Source: Candidatus Kuenenia stuttgartensis
GTDB lineage: Bacteria; Planctomycetota; Planctomycetia; Pirellulales; UBA1268
Direction of reading: 5' to 3'
Length of the DNA stretch: 64,000 nucleotides
Assembly (NCBI GenBank): GCA_945865325.1
Contig: CAMBFA010000003.1
Span: 2,956 to 66,955 of the forward strand
Positions 59,452-64,000 of the stretch are shown here, piece by piece. Position 1 is the stretch's first letter. Each line of letters starts with the position of its first letter. The position numbers and the translations under genes were made by a program. The notes beneath the pieces are model-generated. The model did no database searches. It saw only the letters and a list, made by a program, of their open reading frames with translations, and was not told where the DNA came from.

Positions 59452-59489
59452 CCACCGGGGCCCGTCACAGGGCCCCGGTGGTTTTTTTT
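59452..59489 (+). terminator. Intrinsic terminator
   Basis: ccaccggggccc-gtcaca-gggccccggtgg followed by tttttttt. Confidence 0.9.
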
Positions 59490-59539
59490 GGGGTGGCGGA
59501 TTCCCTTCCGGCCGCTGATCCGCAACACTGATCCCCGCC

Positions 59540-61072
59540 ATGGGGGAACCGCCACGCACCACCGTTGATCCACCTCAGACGCTGTTGGGAGCCTTGCGCC
59601 ATCTCGGCCCCGGGATCGTGCTGGCCAGTTCGATCGTCGGTAGCGGCGAGCTGATTGCCACCACAACCACTGGAGCCCAGGCCGGATTCGTACTCCTGTG
59701 GCTGATCCTCATCGGCTGCGTGATCAAGGTGGCGGCCCAGGTGGAGATCGGCCGTGCCACCCTCTCCTGGGGGCGCACGCCGCTGGATGCCTTCGACCGG
59801 GTGCCTGGGCCACGCTTTGCCGGGCGGGGCTGGATCTACTGGGCCTGGGTCGTGATGACGCTTCTCGTCCTCGTGCAGCAGGGGGGGATCCTTTCAGGTG
59901 TGGCCCAGACGCTCGCCGCGGGGGTGCCGGTGACGGCGGCCGGGCGGGAATGGAATCGGGTTCATGACGAGGCCGCCAGCGACCGGATCCTCGCCGCCGC
60001 GGCCCGCCACCACGGTGACACCGCGAAGGCCGACTCGCTCGACCTCCGGATGGCCGAGCTCGCCTCCCAGAAAAAGGATCTCGTCAAACCGTTCGACGAC
60101 ACGTTCTGGGCGGTCGTCACCGGAATCGTGACCGCCGTGCTGCTGGGGCTAGGACGCTACAAGCTGATCGAACTGGTCTCGATCGTCCTCGTGGGCACGT
60201 TCACGCTGGTCACACTCGTGGCCCTCGGACTGCTGCAATGCGATCCGGCCTGGGCGATTTCCGCGGCAGAGTTCGGCAGCGGTTTCGCCTTCCGCCTTCC
60301 GGAGGAGCGGAAAGATTTCTCTCCGATCCTGACGGCCCTGGCGACCTTCGGGATCATCGGCGTGGGCGCCAGCGAATTGATGGTCTATCCCTATTGGTGC
60401 CTGGAGAAGGGATACGGCGTGGCTGTCGGGCCGCGCGACGACTCCGAAGCCTGGGCGATCCGCGCCCGTGGTTGGCTCCGCGTCATGCAACTCGACGCCT
60501 GGGCGTCGATGGCGGTCTACACGGCCGTCACCGTGGCCTTCTACCTCCTCGGCGCCGCGACGCTGGGACGCCTCGGTCTCGTCCCGGAGGGGAGCGAGAT
60601 GGTGCGAACACTCGGCGCGATGTACGCGCCGGTTTTTGGCGCCTGGGCCAACGGGGCCTTTCTGATCGGCGCCTTCGCGGTTCTCTATTCCACGCTCTTC
60701 GTCGCCGCGGCGGGCAACGCCCGGATGGTCGTCGACGGGCTGATCCTCGCCGGCCTGCTGCCCGGGGACGCCGCCGCCCGGACGACCTGGAACCGCCGCC
60801 TGTCGATCGCCTGGCCGCTGGTGGCGATGGTTTTGGCACTGGCGATCCGCGCCCCGCTGGCGATGGTCCTCGCCAGTGGGGCCGCACAGGCGGTGATGCT
60901 CGCTGCCCTCGGCGTGGCCGTGCTCTGGTTCCGCTGGCGGGCACTCGACCCCCGGCTGCGGCCGGGCCGCGCCTGGGACATCCTCCTCGTGACATCCTCG
61001 GCCGGCTTCATCATCATCGGTCTGTGGACGCTCTGGCAGCAGCTCGTGAAACTCCTCGCCATGTTGGCGTGA
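59540..61072 (+). CDS. Nramp-related APC-fold transporter (no DPGN motif)
   Basis: LGPGIVLASSIVGSGEL, YPYWCLEKGY, GAFAVLYST, 11-12 TMs. Confidence 0.8.
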   Translation: MGEPPRTTVDPPQTLLGALRHLGPGIVLASSIVGSGELIATTTTGAQAGFVLLWLILIGCVIKVAAQVEIGRATLSWGRTPLDAFDRVPGPRFAGRGWIYWAWVVMTLLVLVQQGGILSGVAQTLAAGVPVTAAGREWNRVHDEAASDRILAAAARHHGDTAKADSLDLRMAELASQKKDLVKPFDDTFWAVVTGIVTAVLLGLGRYKLIELVSIVLVGTFTLVTLVALGLLQCDPAWAISAAEFGSGFAFRLPEERKDFSPILTALATFGIIGVGASELMVYPYWCLEKGYGVAVGPRDDSEAWAIRARGWLRVMQLDAWASMAVYTAVTVAFYLLGAATLGRLGLVPEGSEMVRTLGAMYAPVFGAWANGAFLIGAFAVLYSTLFVAAAGNARMVVDGLILAGLLPGDAAARTTWNRRLSIAWPLVAMVLALAIRAPLAMVLASGAAQAVMLAALGVAVLWFRWRALDPRLRPGRAWDILLVTSSAGFIIIGLWTLWQQLVKLLAMLA

Positions 61073-61092
61073 CCAGCTGCAAGGAGAATGCC

Positions 61093-62046
61093 ATGACCGT
61101 CGCCATCTATGTCAGCACGATGCGGTCCGACTACTGCCTTGCCAAGGCGCTCGTCGCGAGCATCGAGGCACACGTCCGGTCGCCGCGGATCTACCTGATC
61201 CCCGACGATGACTACCGCGGCGATGAGATGTTCGGCCATCCGGTGTGGCGCCCGACCGATCCGCGGATCCTCGAACTCGACCGCTACTACAAGAAATTGC
61301 GGGTCTTCTGGGGGCCGGCGGAGCGGTTCATGCACATGGACGCCGACCAACTCGTCCTCCGCGATCTCCAGCCGTATCTCGATCACATCGCCGCCGCCGA
61401 GGGGCCGTTTGTGATGGCGAACCGGCGATCGAGTACCTGGAGACAACTCCAGGCCGCCGACGAATCCACCCGGAAGCGGACCTTCGAGGCGATGACAGGG
61501 GATGTCGCTGCGTTGGCCTCATTTGACCCGTCGTTCGATTGGCACGAAGGCCACCTTCTCAATAGCGGCGAGTTCGCTGCGTCAAGGAATGCCATCGACC
61601 ACGACACGTTCCTAGCAGTGTTTGCAAAAGCCAAGCAGTTCTATGCCGAGCATGGAATGGGCCCCATGACCGGCATGCGTGCCGGCCCCTTCTACACCGA
61701 CCAGGGATTCCTCTCCTACGTCCTCGCCGCCCACGCTCCGGGCACGAGGGTCGAATGGCTCGACGATCTCTATGCGTGGGGGGGCCGCGACGAGCTGACC
61801 CACTACCGGGACAACGATTCCACCGATCCCCTCAAATGGGTCGCCATCCACTGGGCGGGGTGTCCGCGGCCCGGGCCGATCCCCCTCCCGGGCCGCGCGG
61901 TGTGTGCCGCCGACTGGCGGCGCGATCACCGCCGCTCCTGTCGGCTCCGGGGTGATTGGTCGGGATATGTACAGGACTGCCTCCAAGATGCCGGCGGCCT
62001 CGCATGGCAGGTGGCCAGCCGGGTGAAACGCCGGCTCACCGGATGA
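61093..62046 (+). CDS. GT-A fold glycosyltransferase (GT8-like)
   Basis: KLRVF, HMDADQLVL (DxD), LNSG, DQGFLSY, HWAG. aggag ribosome-binding site upstream. Confidence 0.75.
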   Translation: MTVAIYVSTMRSDYCLAKALVASIEAHVRSPRIYLIPDDDYRGDEMFGHPVWRPTDPRILELDRYYKKLRVFWGPAERFMHMDADQLVLRDLQPYLDHIAAAEGPFVMANRRSSTWRQLQAADESTRKRTFEAMTGDVAALASFDPSFDWHEGHLLNSGEFAASRNAIDHDTFLAVFAKAKQFYAEHGMGPMTGMRAGPFYTDQGFLSYVLAAHAPGTRVEWLDDLYAWGGRDELTHYRDNDSTDPLKWVAIHWAGCPRPGPIPLPGRAVCAADWRRDHRRSCRLRGDWSGYVQDCLQDAGGLAWQVASRVKRRLTG

Positions 62047-62116
62047 GTCGCTGGCCGCAACGCCCCGCCCACGGATCGGCTTCCCCCCGTTCACGCTGCC
62101 TCGGGAACGCTCCCCG

Positions 62117-63127
62117 ATGACGCCCCCCCTGCCGCTGGCCCCATCCGCCGCGATCTCCGAGCAACGGCCCACCGTCCGGATCCGCTTCGTCGGCTTCTGG
62201 GACGGCTTCGACCCGCGCGACAACTTCTTCACCCGCCTCCTCGCGCCGGCCTGGCGGCTCGACTTCGACAGCCCGCCCGACTACGTCGTTTACACCACGG
62301 TCGGCAGCCGGAGGAAGGAGTTTCTCGCTTACGATTGCACGCGGATCTTCTTCAGCGGCGAGAACGTCGGCCCCGACTGGCTCAACTGCGACTGGGCCTT
62401 CACATTCCGCCACGATTCCCATCCCCGGCATCTGCGTCTGCCGCTGTGGGTTCTTTACGCCGACGGCAGAGCGCTGGTGAAGCCGCCGACGGTCGACCTT
62501 GAGGCGATGATCGCGGCGAAGTCGCGCTTTTGCGCGTTCGTCGTCTCCAATCCCCTCTGCCAGACGCGGAACGACTTCTTCCACCGGCTGTCGAAATATC
62601 GCCCCGTCGACTCCGGCGGGAAGCTGTTCAACAACGTCGGCGGCCGGATCGCCGACAAGCGGGCGTTCCTCGCCGACTGCCGGTTCACGATCGCCTTCGA
62701 GAATGAATCGTTCCCCGGCTACACCACCGAGAAGGTGCTCGAGCCGATGCTCGTCAACTCGATCCCGATCTATTGGGGCGATCCGCTGGTGGGCCGCGAC
62801 TTCGACACCACGAGCTTCCTCTCCGCCCACGATTCGCCGTCGCTCAACGACCTCGTCGAACGGGTTGTGGCGGTCGATCGCGATCCGGCGCTTCTGGCCA
62901 CCCTCCTGGGCCGCCCCTGGTTTCGGGGCAACGCCGTTCCCCCCTGCGCTCACACCGAGCGGATCCTCGATCGCTTCGCGACGATCTTCACGACGTCGAT
63001 CGATCCCGTCGCCCGGCGACGGAGCGTGGCGCGGAGCCTGCGGCTCCATCGGATGCCGGCGGCCGTGGCGAGCATCGGCCACCGCCTCCGGCGGCAGATG
63101 AGGAAATGGTCGGCTCGAGGAACGTGA
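62117..63127 (+). CDS. GT10 alpha-1,3/4-fucosyltransferase-like protein
   Basis: FSGEN, FCAFVVSN, VDSGG, FTIAFENESFPGYTTEK, IPIYWG. Confidence 0.92.
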   Translation: MTPPLPLAPSAAISEQRPTVRIRFVGFWDGFDPRDNFFTRLLAPAWRLDFDSPPDYVVYTTVGSRRKEFLAYDCTRIFFSGENVGPDWLNCDWAFTFRHDSHPRHLRLPLWVLYADGRALVKPPTVDLEAMIAAKSRFCAFVVSNPLCQTRNDFFHRLSKYRPVDSGGKLFNNVGGRIADKRAFLADCRFTIAFENESFPGYTTEKVLEPMLVNSIPIYWGDPLVGRDFDTTSFLSAHDSPSLNDLVERVVAVDRDPALLATLLGRPWFRGNAVPPCAHTERILDRFATIFTTSIDPVARRRSVARSLRLHRMPAAVASIGHRLRRQMRKWSARGT

Positions 63128-63142
63128 ATCCCCGCAGGAGCG

Positions 63143-64000
63143 TCACCGGGGTGTGATCGGCACCAGCGGCGGCGCCTGGCTGGGGACGATCGCCGGCTGC
63201 TGGGAGGCGGGTTGGAGCGAGGTCGGTTGAAACGGGACGGGCTGAGCCGTGGCCGGCTGATATGGGGCCGGCTCGGCCCCCGGCACCTGGTTGACCGCCT
63301 GCGGCTGGGCCCCGAACGGCGTCACGGCCTGCTGGGGGAGGGCGGCGCCGGTCGTCACGGCCACCGGCTGAGGGCGCGAGCGGGCGTTGAGATCCTCGAC
63401 GAGCTGCTGCACCTCGGGGCGGATCGCCAGGCCCCGCAGCGAGAACACGTCGCTGGGGGTGACATTGAAGCGCCCGTAGAGGAGCGCGTCGGCGTTGTGA
63501 TCGACAGAGAGATCGCTGCCACCGAGGGAGACGCCGGCAAACAACCCGCGGCTGCGGGCATAGGAATAGATCTCGGCACCGAGACCAACATCGGTACCGG
63601 CGTTAGCACTGCGGCCGACCGGCCCGGCGGCGATCGACGCATCGGCGCCGAGGGTCACCTTTTGGCCATTGAGAATCCCCTGGAGGCTGCGCGGCGTGGC
63701 GAACACAAGAACGATGTCCGCCGCCTGAACACCGGCCTGGAAGCCGACACTCCCCCCGCCCATTGTCACCATCACCGGCGGGCTCCAGCTGCGGTCGGGA
63801 TTGCGGACACAGAGCACCCCCTTGCCGTAATTGACGCCGAAGATGAAGCCCCCTTTGATCATGTTGGGGAAGATCGCCACCCCCTCGGCCGCCTGAAGCA
63901 TCGCCGGGGGGACCGATTCCATCTGGAGGGCGAAGAATTGGTCGAGCGCCTGCTTGGCCGAGAGGACCGTCTGCGCTTCCTTATCCCCCGACCCGATCTG
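63143..64000 (-). CDS. SYLF (Ysc84) lipid-binding domain protein (5' end beyond the window)
   Basis: KGGFIFG..GKG, GGGSVGFQAG, AAGPVGR, YSYARSRGLFAGVSL. Confidence 0.92.
   Translation of the reverse strand, partial: QIGSGDKEAQTVLSAKQALDQFFALQMESVPPAMLQAAEGVAIFPNMIKGGFIFGVNYGKGVLCVRNPDRSWSPPVMVTMGGGSVGFQAGVQAADIVLVFATPRSLQGILNGQKVTLGADASIAAGPVGRSANAGTDVGLGAEIYSYARSRGLFAGVSLGGSDLSVDHNADALLYGRFNVTPSDVFSLRGLAIRPEVQQLVEDLNARSRPQPVAVTTGAALPQQAVTPFGAQPQAVNQVPGAEPAPYQPATAQPVPFQPTSLQPASQQPAIVPSQAPPLVPITPR

Noticed and set aside
60238-61092. 602-aa ORF suggesting a long N-terminal extension of the GT8-like gene
   Set aside because: The extension overlaps the transporter in another frame, and a ribosome-binding site with ATG at 61093 gives a better start.

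Overview
High-GC bacterial chromosomal window, most likely Planctomycetota (inferred from a DUF1598 protein, several planctomycete-type secreted proteins and the gene style). It starts with a 5'-truncated efp, a DUF1598 gene, dnaE and an FHA gene. A ~24 kb surface-glycan locus follows (7.4-31.2 kb): GT4 glycosyltransferases, a fucokinase-like GHMP kinase fused to a UDP-sugar pyrophosphorylase, a GalU-like enzyme, an O-antigen ligase/polymerase-like protein, a PglK-like ABC flippase, a PglF/PglE/PglC/PglD-like set with an embedded ACP + acyl-adenylate ligase + ketoreductase module, and a Wza-like exporter with an unusual C-terminal CWVAREVYG domain. The rest holds TPR, ABC-2, TauE, CHAT-like, CDF, second CapD/WecA-like, sugar-catabolism, CinA/NadD-like and thioredoxin genes, then tRNA-Arg(TCG), an Nramp-like transporter, GT8-like, GT10 and a truncated SYLF gene. 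The most striking non-coding signals are: (i) a tandem ~125-bp repeat behind tRNA-Arg that duplicates the tRNA 3' end and carries three GGA-loop hairpins per unit (CsrA/RsmA-sponge-like), with an architecturally related element in the efp 3' region; (ii) a promoter-to-terminator ~200-nt orphan sRNA candidate; (iii) an identical CAAAGT-N15-GCCGATAC motif in front of two lipoprotein genes. No integrase, transposase, CRISPR array or rRNA was seen. All calls come from reading motifs by eye; no searches or folding were run, and start codons were refined by eye.
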